Part shown: piece after piece, positions 19,027 to 35,764 of the stretch | Layout: every line of letters starts with the position of its first letter | Numbering within the stretch: position 1 is the first letter of the stretch | Source of the DNA: the human T2T-CHM13v2.0 reference genome, Homo sapiens | Length of the DNA stretch: 64,000 bases | Assembly (NCBI RefSeq): GCF_009914755.1 | Contig: NC_060931.1 | Reading direction: 5' to 3' (one strand) | Notes under the pieces: model-generated | What the model was told of the DNA's origin: nothing | What the model saw: the letters and a program-made list of their open reading frames with translations, nothing else | Databases searched by the model: none | Made by a program: the position numbers and the translations under genes

Positions 19027-22000
19027 ATCTGGATTGTTCTTCACAGATTAAATCTTCACCAGATTAAGCTGATGAAAAAGTAAAACAAAGAATAGCGCCC
19101 TCCCTTGGCAAAACATTTTGGTGTGATATCTTTTCTTCATTTTACAGCCAGATATAAAGAAAAAATAAACTTCTACTTTTAAATTTCCCATCCAGCACTT
19201 AATTTCTCACCATTTGGCTTCTCCCCTTAATGCAAAACTACTTTTATTAAAGGTCAGTAAAAGGCATTCTGATTGTATTTTTCTTTAACTTATTTGGCAT
19301 TATTGACTATTTTTCCTTGAAACTCTTCCTCACTTTTTGTGCTGTTGCCTCCTGATTTACCTGGTTGTGTTGAAGCTGCTTTATTAGGATCCTTTCCTAT
19401 GGGCCACCTTTAAATGTTGATGTAATCTGGCATATTGCCCTATGTCATCCTTTATTTACTAGAATTTCTTAATTTTCTTTTTATGGAGAGGACAACATGA
19501 ACATAAGAATTTCTTAATTTCATCTACCTTTCAAATCATTTTGGGAAGCTTCTTCAAAGTAGTCCTGGAAACACTTGCCTAGATATTCTGGGCTTTGGGT
19601 CAAGGATGGAATATTCATCTATTTTGAAACAGCTCCTGGGATGACACTAATATGTATTTTAGTTAAGAACTGTAGTTTGTTACTGTCTCATCTCTTAATA
19701 ATAGGTTTCATTTGAGGTGCTTTTTAAAATGTCAAGCCCAGTGCATTTAATTAATAGAGTAAGTATCTTGATCAAGGTCACATACTTGTATGTGATTGAA
19801 CTAGGATTTGAATTTGAACAAAATTGATTTCAAAACCCAGGAGAAAAACGAAGGAAGGAGTTAGAGGAACAAGATAGAAAAGCTCCACAATGTTATCACC
19901 AGCTCCTCTGAGGCTTTCCTCTTGCCTCAACTCTAACATGGTAAAACATTCTGAAAGGACTTAAAGATTCTGTTTCTAAAAATCCTTTGCTTTCTTTTCT
20001 ATACAATTGCTACAAAATGGTAAAAGTGGTCCCTTGTATCTGCAGATATCCCAGAAAGTTGAAATGCTTATTGAAATGATACTCCATCTTTCAAAGCCTC
20101 ATTGAAATGTGACCTCCTTTCCAGGCTGGTGTGATTTCTCGGTTTCCTGAAATTCTTTCTCTTTGGGGTATTTCATTCATGGTCTTGATAAAATTCTGCC
20201 TTGTTTATTTGTTCATTGTTTGTTTGCATATCTTACTTCTTCTACCATACTAAACTTTTTAAGGGCAAAGACTACATCTTATCTTTGCATTCCTCATTCA
20301 TTTATTTGATAAAAATTTAATGATCACTTATAAAGTGTCAGATACTACTACTTTTAGTCTCAGAAAATCTAGAGATTAATAAGAAACGGATACAAAGTTG
20401 AGATGCTGAGTAAAGCAAAGATAAGCAATTATCTTTAAAGCAGGACTTCTCAGATCCTTTTATTATAAATACTGTAGGAGCCCAATCCCAAAGACCTGAA
20501 GAAACCTGACATTAGCTATTATAAACAGATATTATTGTGACTTTCTTCAAAACCTTATGAACAAATATTTGATGAATGTTTTATTGTTAGGCTTGAAATT
20601 TAACATTCATGAATAGTGACGGAATATATGGCTTTCATCAGTGAGACCTCAAAGATAAGAAAGACATGGGTTATTTTAACCTGCTTATTAGGTTAATGTA
20701 CAGTGTTGTATTACTGACTCTAGTTACTCTTGTTTCATTATTTTCATAGAGTAACACCTTAAATTGTAAATATTATATTTTGTTTTAACGAGAACAAAGA
20801 AATTTTTAATCCAGTTATTTACTCTTAAGCTGCAGTAAAATGAGGGAATGATAACGACATTGTTGCAAAACATGTAGAGTGCATTTCAAAGTCAAAATAA
20901 ATGTAAAATAGACATTAATTTGGAACATTAAAAAATATTGTGTTTATTAAAATATTAGTTTGAAGAAACATGAAATGTTACAGATAGTCTTTTTATCTTA
21001 AGTAGTTTTTTCTTAAGCCAGTATATATATTATTCTGAACTCTATTATTCTTAAATGTTTTCTTAATAATGCAGAAGTACACTGGATTTGGGTTGTTTCC
21101 ACAGATTTTGTGTTTAAGTAGAGTTTGATTTGATAGGACTGATTATAGTTCTCTATTCTTTTGCATTAATGACACTACTTCCTTCCCTTTAGTAAGGCCA
21201 ATGAGCAAGGATCAATTGTAGTAATAAGTCACTTTGAGGTTATTAGAACAAGGCTGCTGTATTTTGTCTTGTAATTATAGGCCATCTGACATTTTGCTAT
21301 GGAAGTAAATATTATCTACTAAATGTGAGTAGAAATTAATATTAATGTCCAAACTCAGGCAGAGCCTCACTGCTTTCAACATTCCTTTTTATTTATTTTG
21401 AGGCCAGTACCCTTTAGTGTCAATAAATTGCCAACCTTACTCTTCTACTCCATCCCCCTGCATCCCTGTTTCAAATGTTTATTCCCTTCTTAAGGCTACT
21501 TCACCTTTGATCCTTATTCTTAGTAGTTACACTAGGGTCCTTTCTTTTTCTGTGAGAAAACATGAATAGTAATAAAATATATTCCACTGCAACTACCTAT
21601 GATTGATATTGAAGTGTCCACTGTGCCAAGGTATGATTCTAATGAGATCACTTATTCCTCACAACCACTCTGTGTTGTTGTAGGTACTGCTGTTATCTGC
21701 ATTTCATAGATAAGGGCGCTGACACACAGAAGTTATGGTTTGCCCAAGGTCACAAGACGAATTTATTGATGGAACTGAGATAAGAGATTTCAAGGAAATT
21801 TTAAGCTCTAATGGACTACTATAACCTTTGCCCCTAGACTTTTTCAAAGTTACACAACTACTTTCTCACAATTATTGGTACTTTTGAAAAAAAAGAGAGA
21901 TAGATTAAGGGTATGTGATACTTACGGAAGCACAGAAAAATTGGGAATACACTTAATTTACACCTTCAGGGTACTTCTTAGGAAAAATTTCCAGGGAAGA

Positions 22001-22589
22001 ATAGTATTACCAAACTATTTTCATATTTCTCAGGTGCTGTATTTTCCTCTGCTACCAAGTAAAAGGACTGCTCACTCATTACACAATAGTTTGTTTTTAG
22101 AGCTCCCATAGCAATGTCATACAGTCACAGTGATTTGAGTAAGGTGACTTTGCTTATGGGAAATAAACTGTATTTTATCAGGCTTATTTGAATGACATTT
22201 TGATAACCTCTGTGTTATGATACTAGAATCATTAAGACAATACAATAACCTACAAATATCTCATCTGTATGAGCTTGCTCAATGGGTTTTGACTGAGTAC
22301 TTTCACTGAGACTGTTCACTGAATCAGTGTTATTCTTGAAAGGACATAGATCTATTATCATATCTTGTAAAAGGTTCTTTTTTCCCTCTTTCTCAGCCTG
22401 CTAAAGAGGTTAGGATTTAGTTTCAGGACAGATGGGGCATATGATACTAGGGGTAGGTAGAAGTACTCAGTCTGACAAGATTAAAGGCTATTGAACTTAG
22501 TTTCTCTCTTCTTCCTCTTCTAAATTTTGAATTGCTTTATCCTTTACTTTTCCATTTGAAACTCATTGTGGGTAGTGCAGTAAAAGCAG

Positions 22590-22876
22590 TGGCCCTGGTG
22601 CTCACACATGTAATCCCAGCACTTTGGGAGGCTGAGGCAGGAGGATTGCTTGAATCCATGAGTTTGAGACCAGCCTGGACAACATAGTGAGACCTCATCT
22701 CCTAAAAATGTATTAGCTGGACATGGTGGCATGCACCTGTAGTCTCAGCTACTTGGGAGGCTGAGGTGGGAGGATCACTTGAGCCCAGCAGGCAGAAGTT
22801 GCAGTAAGCTGTGATTGTGCCACTTACTTCAACCTGGGCAACAGAGTGAGACTCTTCTCAAAAAAAAAAAAAAAAG
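22590..22876 (+). mobile_element. AluJ
   Basis: ggaggattgcttga and ggaggatcacttgagccc diagnostics. Confidence 0.92.
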
Positions 22877-23412
22877 ACTAAGTGGGCCAGGACAAAGAGG
22901 TCAAGAAGCATGTTCCTTTCATCTGCTCAGAGTCTGGGAAGTATAGTATGATTAAGGACATGAGATTTCCCATTCAGATTGAGCTGTAGCTGTGCTACTT
23001 GGTAGAGATATTTGTCATTGGCAAGTTACTTCTCAGAGGTTTTGTTTACTTACTTATCTGTAAAATTGTGTAAAGAATCTTATGCAGAGTTTTGTAATTA
23101 TTGCAGTCATTGAATGCATGTAAAGTGCCTAGCTCAGTGTCTTTCTTATAGTTATTGAATAAAAATATTAAGTATTATTGTTAATGAAGATACTGGTAAA
23201 ATATCCCATGTCAGATATGGTCCAACCTGGTTAACCAGATTAGGAAGGTACTTGGGAATTTGGGGACAGAGTCTTTAATGGATAAATGAGAGTGGGTATT
23301 TAGAAAGGCAGTAGAACATGCTGCCTAGTGTCAAATACTGACATTACCCCTTATTAACTATTTGGCACTAGCAAGTTATTTCATTTTGTTTCCAAACGGT
23401 AACAATAATGAT

Positions 23413-23648
23413 ACAGATTGAATATCCCTAATCCAAAAATCTGAAATCTCAAATACTCCGAAGTTTGAAACTTTGAATGCTGACATGATGCTCAAAGGAA
23501 ATGCTCATTGAACCAATTTTTGGATTTTGGATTTTCAGATTAGGGATGCTGAACTGATGAGCAATGCAAATATTCTAAAATTTGAAAAAGCCCCAAATCC
23601 AAAACGCTTCTGGTCCCAAGCATTTTGGATAAGTGATACACAACCTGT
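23413..23648. mobile_element. Tigger4/MER46 DNA transposon
   Basis: TA-flanked TIRs cagattgaatatccct ... gatacacaacctg. Confidence 0.8.
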
Positions 23649-23799
23649 AGTATCGGTCTCATGGGATTATAAAGGTTAATTAAGTCAATGCTTGCAAAAT
23701 ACTGGCACACAGAATGATTTACAACTTACTGGCTGTCATTGTCATTATTTTCCATGCATAGTGGTATCAGTGCTAGATGATTTGGGGGTTCAAAATTTG

Positions 23800-23998
23800 A
23801 AAAATGCCCCCCAAGGGACATTTGTCAATGTCTGGAAGCATTTTTGATTGTCACAGCTGGGGAGGAGAGAGGCTAACTGGCATCTAATGGGTAAAGGCCA
23901 GGGATGCTGCCAAGCATCCTTCAACGAACAAGACACTCCTCACAGTAAAGAATTGTCCAACCCAAAATGTCAGTAGTGCCAAGATTGAGAATTCCTGC
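23800..23998. mobile_element. MER20
   Basis: gggacatttg.caatgtctgga...ggccagggatgctgc...aaaatgtcagtagtgcc. Confidence 0.8.
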
Positions 23999-26900
23999 AG
24001 TACAGCTGTCTGGATCTGTAGTTGTCAGCATCTGCAGTAACCTGCGCCTGATGCTTCCCTTTCATTTGCTCTGTAGTATCTTACTGGACTCAATACTCAT
24101 TTTTCTCTTAACTCTTATCCCAGTACTCCCAATCATTATATTTGCAGGTAGCCTGTTCTCAGGCATTCTTCTTGACCTCTTTGTAGTATAACATATTATC
24201 AACCCCTTTAAAGAGTTAAAAGTAAAAATTAAATATTATATAATTTATGGTTCTTGTAGAAAAACTGATATACAAAGAGAGAAAATTTAAATGTTTCACT
24301 ACCTTTTCCATCTAGAAATAAACACTATTAGAAACTTGGTATATTCCCTTTTATTATTACCCTCCCCTCAGCCTCCCAAAGAAAGAAAAGTTTATAAAAT
24401 ATACATTTTTATTTTTTAAAAACTAAATTCTAAAGACATTTAGTAAAAGGTGAGATTCCTTTTTTCTCCTGCCTTCATTTCCAGTCCTGTCTCTAGAGAT
24501 AAGCATTAAACTGGTGCAAGTCTTTTGCCATTTTTTTATACTTTTATATACGCCAGGCATTCCCATGTCAATTTTTTTTGTGTGTAAACAGTGCCGTGCT
24601 ATAAGTACTGTTCTGTGACTGTTTTTCCCTGTCACTGAATATACTGTACATATATTCCTGTCTGCATATTCTTTGCAATTATGTGGTATTCTAAAATATC
24701 TTTATCATGATTTATACAGTTAGCTATTAATGAAGATGGATGCTTATAGTTATAAACAGTGCTTAGGTTCCTTGGATTTCTAGGCATACATATAAATGCT
24801 TCTGTAATATACATTTCTGAAAGTGAAACCCTGGGTCAAAAGGCATGTAGATTTAAATTTTGATAGATTGCCAAATTATTCTTCAGAAAAGCTGTACCAG
24901 TTTACAGTTTCACCAAGAACCACAGTGATGGTTGAGTTATTTTCTTTAGGCTTATTTTAAGCATGGGTTTTTCTCTGAATACTTTAGTCACATATCTTAG
25001 TTTTTTATGTGTAATACTCATTTTGTTTGTATTTGAGTAATTTTCACATATGAAGAGTTAGAGAGATAGGTAAGTAGGCAGATGGATTACATTATTTTTT
25101 GTTAATTTTTAATTTCGCTACCTTCAGAGAATATGATCTGTAGGTTCCAGTATTGATTTATTTTTCTGTGTAGCCTTACATAGGATCAGCTTATTTAAGT
25201 ATTCCATAGGTTTCAAAAATATGTTTATTCTCTGGGTAGAAATTTCTGTGTATATATTTGACAATTAAGCATATTATTTCAATCATTTTTACTTTTTAAG
25301 CACTTGATTTATCCATATCCAAAAGACCTATTAGTCTTTTAACGTGGAATTTGCTAACTTCCCATTGTTTCCAAGTTTTTGCCTTAAATATTTTTAAAAT
25401 TTTTGTTATTTATGTTCTTGCCTCTGTCATATCAAACTTTCATGTCTTTCTAATTTCCTTAAATGAATCACAGAAATAATGCAACTACTTATTGAGCACT
25501 TAATGTGTACCAGGCACTGTGCTTAGATTTCACATATATTATCTAATTTATTCCTCATAGTTCATACTCTTATACTAATTCGATATGTAAGAAAACCAAA
25601 AATGCAAGTATCTTGCTCACTATAATTATGGAATTATAATAACGGAATTATACAGTATGTATTCTTTCTGGACTGGCTTCTTTCACTTACCAGTATACAT
25701 TGGTCCATGTCTTTTCATGGACCTATTGTTAGCTAATTTCTTTTTGGTGCTGAGTGATATTCCATTTCCTGGATGTACCACAGTGTATTTATCCATTCGA
25801 CTACTGAAGGACATTGTGATTGCTTCCATATCTTGGCAATTATAAACAAAGCTGCTGCAAATACCTGTGTGCAAGACTTTCTGTGGATCTAAGTTTTTAA
25901 CTTAGCTGGGTAAACATCAAGAAGAGCAATTGCTGGATCATTGCCTTGTGTCCTTACTGCTCTTAAAGATCAGATCCTGCTCTTAAAGATGAGATCTGTT
26001 CAGTTTTTTACTTCTTAGAATGGAGTGGCAACTTCCAAGCTCCTTATGTACAGAACCAGAAAAAGCAGACGGAGTTCTCAACTACTTTTTGGTACCCATT
26101 TTTTCGGCCTCCTTACTCTGAATGAAACTTGTCTCTTTGAGGGTCATTTCCCCTGTGGCATATAACTCTCTCAAGCGGGAGCTTTTGTTTCACCTCATGA
26201 GCCTCAAGGTGGGAGATGGTCTTGGTTACTTTCCTTATTTCTCATCCAAGTTTGTGTTAAAGGCTTCTGTTTCTTTGGGTCTTCCAATTTAGAAGGAAAT
26301 AGAAATCCCTTTAGTTCAGAATAAATTGTTCTAAGAATTAAATATAAAGTTCTCAATTATAGGATAAAATAATTAAGGTCTTATTGATTTGGCTTTTCTA
26401 ATTGAATTCAATTCTAGGGGAAGAAGTGCTTTGATTTTCCTGCTTCCTTGATTCTAAGATAAGATCTACTCTGAAACATATAATCAAATTTGATTTGAGG
26501 GAGGTTAAATAGTACAGTCAATTACATTTTGATTATGAGACATTTGTTTTTAGAAATATTAGGGGGCAAAATTGTATCTTAGAGTTGAGGAAATGGAACA
26601 GTTCTCAATCTGTTATGAAAGGTGTACTTTGCCCAGAGGCAACTTAAAAAGAAAACTACAACTAGCATAGAAATAACTCAAGCATAAATGTGGAGCTGAG
26701 AACTAGAGAAACACCTGTTACACAGGAGCTGTGTTGAATTGGAATCAGAAATTATCTTTTTCTTGGCCAGATGATACCCTTTGTTGTTTGCAGTGTTGAC
26801 TTTGATAGAGAACACCCAGTTAGTGTAGTTATGGTTCACATTGTAGTTGGTCTTAAAAAAATAGGAAACCTAATCATTTATCTTTAAATTGCAGTTTTCC

Positions 26901-27384
26901 CACGTGTTTGATAAGTTTTTAAACTTTTGTAACCATGGATAAAGTTTCTTGAAATACAATACAGTTTGGTTTTAATACCACTTGGGAATTGAATTAGAAA
27001 GCTTTGGTCCATAATTTCAGTGTAAGTAGTCTAGGAATTGATGGAAGTTAATTTATTTATATATCCCATGATATGTTAAATATCTCATAGCTGAGTTCAG
27101 GGTATACAGCGTATTACTTCACATAGTCAGTGTTAAGAATTTAAAAGATAAAGAAAAAATCCAATGGGAAAAAATATAATCTTAACTGAAAGTATAACTG
27201 TATTTGCTAATTTTTAAAGAGTATTAAAAAAGCAGAAAGCATTTAGAAATTTGATGGCAGATAGTACTACAAGGTACACACTGTTTAGAATAAAGGGAGA
27301 AACCTTCATCACTGTTTCCAAAAAGGGAAGTTACTCAAAAAAGCGGGGGGTGGGGCGATGGCAAACAGTCCAGTCCTTAACTAG

Positions 27385-28469
<1,085 letters not shown>

Positions 28470-30475
28470 TAAAATCTCTTCTATTTATCTCTGCTCTAAT
28501 CTTTATTTTTTTCTTGTTTTTGCTAGCTTTGAGTTTAGTTTGCTCTTCTTCTTCTAGTTCCTTATAGTGTAAACATATTGTGTAGCCTTGTAGCTTTCAT
28601 AAATGGCACCCATTGCTTCTCTCACCGGATGAGGTCCCAGTTAGGTAGACAGGAATCAGTCCTTCTGGCCGACCAGAGAGGGTAAAATGTTACGAGTTAG
28701 GTCTGCACTCTTCCCGCCCATTTGAAGGGAATGAATTGGGAGTTGGTTTGCTGCCTCCTCCAGACCCAGATAAACTGCAGAAGGGGTGGGACAGGATCAC
28801 AGAAAAATGTCACAAAAGTTTTACATGTTTTTTTTTTTTTTCTTAATTGGGCATTCGCTTTGTTGCTATAGACATTTGACTGTTTTTCACAGGTCCTGTA
28901 AGGTTAATTCAACTAGTTTCTGGTTGTTTTTGGGGTTTCTGTGAGGGAATGAGTCTGCGAGCTTTTTAATTTGCCGTTTTGCTGATGCCACTCAATAATG
29001 CTTTTTAAATTATGAAAATAATAGAATCATGTTGAAGGAAGTTTGCAGCCCCCAGAAGTATAACAAACTAAGAAAAAAATCTCACCCTCATTGTACTATC
29101 CCCAGAGTAGCCACCATTTTACATTTTACTGTGTTACCTTTCAGACTTTTATTTTTCTTCCTCTCTCTTTTCCCTTTGTCCTGCATCGTCTTATTCCCCC
29201 ACTCCTCACCACCAATAAAAAGGGAAAAAACTGAAAAAAAGCCCTCTAAACATGATTTATTGAGTACAGTGTTAATATTTTAATTAGCATACTTTTGTTT
29301 TTAATTTCCCAAACATTGTTGTATATACTAAAATTTTCATTTATATTTCTAAAAGGAAATATTATAGATATTTCTGGTAACATCCAAATGCTTGGGTTTT
29401 ATTCTAGTCTTTCTGCCTTCAAGGTGTAAGAGTTAAGAAAGAATCAGGTGTGGCCAACCCGTGTTACTTTCCTGTGACTTAGACCTTTATGGCATTTTTA
29501 CATCTAGTAAAAAGTGGCATGCTCTCAGTCAAAGGGGTAAGCCCAAACCATGTGGAAAGGATCTTATCTCTTTTGAAAGCTAATATAAAAAGAATTCCTC
29601 CTAGACATATAAATATTGTGACATCAGTTACTTAGGCTAAACATGCTTATTATTCTAAGTGAATTATTAACAATAAATACTTTAACTCTGTGCCATGTTA
29701 ATTATCATAATATGATTTCTAATTTGTTTTAAGCTTAGGTTATATATACCTTGAGGCCATTTATATTTTGTTATACTTGTAATAGTTACTATACACTAGA
29801 CTATGTATATTGGACTAGACATGGAGAGTCAAAAAAGAGTATGTGATCAGAGTGGAAATCATGCCGTAGCTTCCTTCGTGTCTACCTCGAGTAGAAGCGG
29901 TAGAAAAAGTAATTACCTAAGATTTTTTTGGATTCTGGTTTATGGAGAAGCACCCTTATGTTTAGGCTGATGGGTGGCTAAATTAGAAAGTATTTTTTGT
30001 GATTTAGAATTTTATATGGAGATGTTCATTGTGATTAATTATTCTTTGTATTAGCAGATTTTTGCTTTTTGTAGCTGCATGATTTCTTTTGGTCATCCAT
30101 TATTGTCTATTAATAAAGAAAAACTTTATTTCACTGAAGCAGTGATACATAATCCAACTTGGATTTTTTTTTAAATCACTGAATTTTTTCCTTGGGAATA
30201 CATTACTGTTAAAAATGTAAATTATTAGATACATTACTTTTAATGAATATAAGTGGTATAATTAGAAGGCTGAAAAGAATCCTTGGAAACATGAGTCTAA
30301 TTTGATAGCTAAGAAACTGAGGACAAGATACTCTTTGTAGCATATTTTCTAATGTTATTTCATTGTCTCACCAAGAAGTACTTGCATAAAGCAAGTTGGA
30401 TTATAGCATCTGTTGAATATTTAAGGTTGGGTAAAATGGGTGAGTTTAACAGATATTTTCCCTTATTTCTTTTAG

Positions 30476-30582
30476 GGGAATCTGGATTGGGAAAGTTGAC
30501 ATTAATCAACTCATTATTCCTCACAGATTTGTATTCTCCAGAGTACCCAGGTCCTTCTCATAGAACTAAAAAGACTGTACAG
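30476..30582 (+). pseudogene. SEPTIN7: SEPTIN7 duplicated exon (P-loop exon, 107 nt), unprocessed pseudogene
   Basis: tttag|...|gtatgg borders. Encodes [36 protein letters not shown] versus SEPT7 GESGLGKSTL...RIKKTVQ. Confidence 0.95.
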
Positions 30583-30859
30583 GTATGGATATTAGTATTG
30601 TTAATTGATGATAAGCTGGAATAATATTAATACATACAAAGCACATGTTGTAACTTTTATTATGCTTCCTTAGAGGTAAGATGCAAATTTGCCCTTAGCC
30701 AGTGTAAGGTGGTAAATATGACTTCATAAAATTAAAAAAAAGAAGAAGTACAGTTAATCAGAAGAATTATCTTGACTAGAACTTTCCAAATTTGTCCTAA
30801 GACTCTCCTAGAGATGAAACTGTGACATAGTAACCAATTCTCCTGGAGTTGTACTATCT

Positions 30860-31655
30860 AGTATGATAGTCATTTGCCAAATGTTTACATCAGTTAAATG
30901 AATTAAATTAAAAATGCAATTTCTCTTTTGCTCCAGATACATTTCAAGTGCTCAGCAGCCACATGTGGCAAGTGGCTGCCATTCTATGCAGCACATATAT
31001 AAAGATTTTCATCATTTCAGAAAATTGCATTGGACAGTGTAGAGAAAACATGATTCATAGAAAAGCTATTGTTATTTAAATACAGTGTTCTATATTAGTC
31101 AGTGGGGTAATACCATATCATAGTTGAATGGCAATAGCAATTCTGTAAGACTCCCAAGGTATATGTGATCTAATTTACTGCTTCTCAGTCTTTGCTATGC
31201 ATTCCAATCCTGGGCATCCTGTTAAATTTAGTTCTTCTAGTAGTTCTGAGATGGGCTGTGTTTCTACATTTCTAACAAGATCCCAGGTGGTGCTGATGTT
31301 GCTGGATGGTAGATCACACTTTACAGAGCAAAGGGCTAGACTCTAGATATGCACTTTTTATTAAATAGTACAGCAGCCTGTAGCCATATATGGCTATTAA
31401 TCTTTGAAATGTGGGTAGTCTGAATTGTGATGTTCTGCAAATATAAAATATACCACCGATTTCTAAGACTGAGCATGGAAAAAATCTCCATAATTTTTTT
31501 ATATTGATTGTATACTGCAGTGATCATATTTTGGATGTATCAGGTTAAATAAAATTGATTAATTTCACCTTTTTCCTATTTTAAAAGTGGCTACTAAGAA
31601 AATTTTAAATTACTTGTATGATTGACATGGTATTTTTATTTGGCAGCACTGCTCT
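30860..31655. mobile_element. MER3/MER33 and MER5A hAT fragments
   Basis: catttcaagtgctc..agccacatgtggc and catttctaacaag.tcccaggtg.tgctgatg motifs. Confidence 0.65.
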
Positions 31656-32346
31656 AAACTGTTGATGAAAAATACTGTTGGTGGCCTCTGCTTGTGTAAT
31701 ATATAGGACATGAGCAGAGAGGAGGCAAGTGAACAGTTCTGGCTGGAGTAGGCTTCATGGAGGCAGTGATGCTTTTAGCTGGATTTGAAGAAGTGGAAGT
31801 GATCATCCCAGTGCACAGGATGGAAGGACTGTCTGTATATTCTGGGCAGTAACTCATACATATCAAACTGCAAGATGGAGTTTAGTAACTAGAATCTCAA
31901 AGGAGTAATTTTGCGAAGTGAATATCTTATTTCTCCTTTTTAATGTTCCTCTCTATTATAGGATTTTTTTGGTAACCTTCATAGGACTTGAGATTTAAAA
32001 TTACCTGCAAAATTATGCTGTAAAATCTTGATCCTACCTGCTTATTTATTTTGCCTGATGTGCCTGAAGTGGAGTGGTAGAGCTTTAGAAGTAACTGTTA
32101 TGGCTATAAGAGAACATGAATTTATCAAGGGACAGAGTCTGGGAGATGAGATTTTTGGAAAACCCAGACTTAGGACTAAAGGGAGTGAACTATCAGAGAA
32201 TTGCATGGAAATGTCAGTACGATATGAATCAGAGTAATTGAATATCACATTTTATTCACAAAAGGGGAGATTCAAGAAGCTGGATTGTAAAGTAACAGTA
32301 AGGGTTTTCTGGATGTAAGGAATGATAAAAATGTACAATAATACAC

Positions 32347-32636
32347 TTTTTTTTTGAGATGGAGTCTCATTCTTGTACCCAGGCTGGAGTGCAGTGCACG
32401 ATCTTGGCTTACTGCAACCTCCACCTCCTGGGTTCAAGCAATTCTCCTGCCTCAGCCTCCCAAGTAGCTGGGATTACAGGTGCCCACCACCACACCTGGC
32501 TGATTTTTGTATTTTTAGTAGAGATGGGGTTCCACCATGTTGGCCAGGCTGGTCTCAAACTCCTCAGCTCATGTAATCCACACGCCTTGGCATCCCAAAG
32601 TGCTGGGATTACAGGTGTGAGCCACCACACCCAGCC
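32347..32636 (-). mobile_element. AluSx
   Basis: Full dimer with TSD aatacac. Confidence 0.95.
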
Positions 32637-33194
32637 AACAATACACCTTTATGTTTGTCTCCCAGAAGGGAGTTTTAGTAACGTGGTGAAGATGAATGAT
32701 GGCAGATATAGGAAGTTTGAAATAGAATAGATGATGAGAAGAGGGAGGACTGACAATACAGAGTATTGCCACCCCATGTATATCCAAGAACACTGCATTG
32801 GTAAAGGATATCCATAGAGGAGCTAAGGGTACCTTCAGTGTCTTGAATTATTAATAATGATGACATCATCCCATATGTATTGTGGATTTATCTCATGTGT
32901 ATTGATTTTATATATAATAGAAATGCTATAAACAAAAATTTGTTTAACCAAAATACCACATTCACCTAGACAATTTGAAGAAACAGAAATTTATTCTAAA
33001 ATTCCCTAGTTTAAAAACAACTTGATATGTGTTCTGAAATATATTATTATGTATTAATAAAAACTCACATATTACCTTAGTAATATTGCTAAAAGGCAGT
33101 TTCTTTTAGATTTTATGAGCTTCAGTAGTAGCTAATCTACAGTTTCTTGTCTAGTATTTAAATAGATAATATAAAGATGAACACTCTTTCATAG

Positions 33195-34040
<846 letters not shown>

Positions 34041-35764
34041 ATGTTTTCCTCTATGTTATTTTAGGAATCAAGCAACATGGGAGGTGTTGAGACAGCACAA
34101 GCGGGCAGGGAGGAGCGTTGAAGAGCAGGCAGGCTCGCTGGGAAAGCGGAGGTCGGGGACAGGGAGAGAGCGTGGGATGGAGAGGGCATCTGAGGGGAGA
34201 CGGTCAGAGGTCGACTGCTGTCCTCAAGCCCTTTTTCAAAGTCATCCCACCTCTTTGAAAGGCTCATTTGCCATTTAACAGCTGTTGACGTTTCTTTAAA
34301 AATGAATCTGAGGGTATGTGGCTGGGAAGCAGGCACCAGCATCAAGAGGCGGAGGACAAACAAGGTCCCTGGGCTGAGGATCCCACCCTGGGCAAAGCCT
34401 GTAGTGCATAGAAGTGGCGGGAAACTTAGGGGTGCAAGAGGCTGACCTACAGGGAGCTGGCCATTTGCACCCACCCTTCCTATCCTAGGCAAAAGAGGGA
34501 GCGAGCTGAGGTAAAGTTAGAACTAGGCTTCTTTAAAGTAACAGATTAAGCACTATTTAATTTCTGGTCTAGACCTCAAAGGAGTTAAAACAGGCGATTT
34601 CCACCAGATTTTCTTGGTTCTGGGTTTGTTCCATGAGAAGCTGTAGGTTCGATCCTGTACAAGTTCTAGAACCTTCCGGAACCTGCAGAACCTATTTGGG
34701 CAGTTGAAGTGAGTGGAGAAAGCAGGAATCTCAAAATATCTCAATATGAAGACACCACTCCTTCCCCTCTCTTCACTGCCCTCACAAAAGCAGGTCCTCC
34801 ACGCCACTGCTGCCTACCCACACCGCTGCACTCTCACTAATAAGGCCATTTCTTTCTTGACTTCGCTGTGCTCTTGGCCCAGTGACAGTGATCAGAAATA
34901 ATCAGGGGCGATCAAGCCCATGCTACCCTGGACAGGGGGTAATATTTCCATTGAGGGCCTCCCTAGTGGCTTTCCCTCTCTGAGCAGCGGGGACATGTGA
35001 CAGCACAGGGCAGCCCGTGGGGGTTATGGCGGGGTGAGAAATCTTCCTGTGGCTGTGGAATTCTTGATAAGGTGGCGAACGTGTTGTGCAGCGGCATCCT
35101 GAGGGCTGCCCGCCCTCCCAGGCGCCCAGGGCGGGCAGGCAAGCTGCACGCTGTCATCGCCTAAGTCAGCGGCATTGGGCACTCTTAATTACAGGGGAAG
35201 CAGAATCTGATTGCACTTTCTGTGCCAGCTCCTGACTTCGTTTGCATCGTCCTTTTTTTTTTCTTTTTCATACCTCAATGTACTAAATCTGAAAGATGTT
35301 TAGAGCTAGATTTTCACCAGCACGTATTCAGAAATGAATACGGGGATGAGGAATATCATTCATTTATCCTTGCATTGGCTGAGCAAATATTTATTGAGTG
35401 CCTGTTGTATCCAGGTGCTGTGCTTGGTGATAGGGGGATTCTCAGATTTGTTTTCTAAGGTGAAATAATTGGAATTTGGAGCCACTGATATTTTCCATGA
35501 TCATCACAAGGGAGAGGGGAGCTATAATATTTGGATATCATAATGTGGTAAACTGGAAGTAATCAGCCCAGAAGACACTGCCTGGTTCCTGGAAGGTGAA
35601 GATTGAGATGCAGGCCCATAGTTGGGAAGCTCTGCCTAAGATCTGGGCTTTGCATTATTTCCATTAATGAGGCATAAGGTGGAAAGGTGGTGCCTGTCAT
35701 CTGGGCTTGACAATCTCAAATGCCCTAGAAGAAAGTCTTCCCCTCCTATGCCCATTTCTCTTTC

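Noticed and set aside
25957-25997. 20-bp imperfect tandem duplication
   Set aside because: Ordinary slippage event with no further structure.
30352-30624. 90-aa ORF with a septin P-loop as a small gene
   Set aside because: It is one exon read through into flanking intron, with no supported start.
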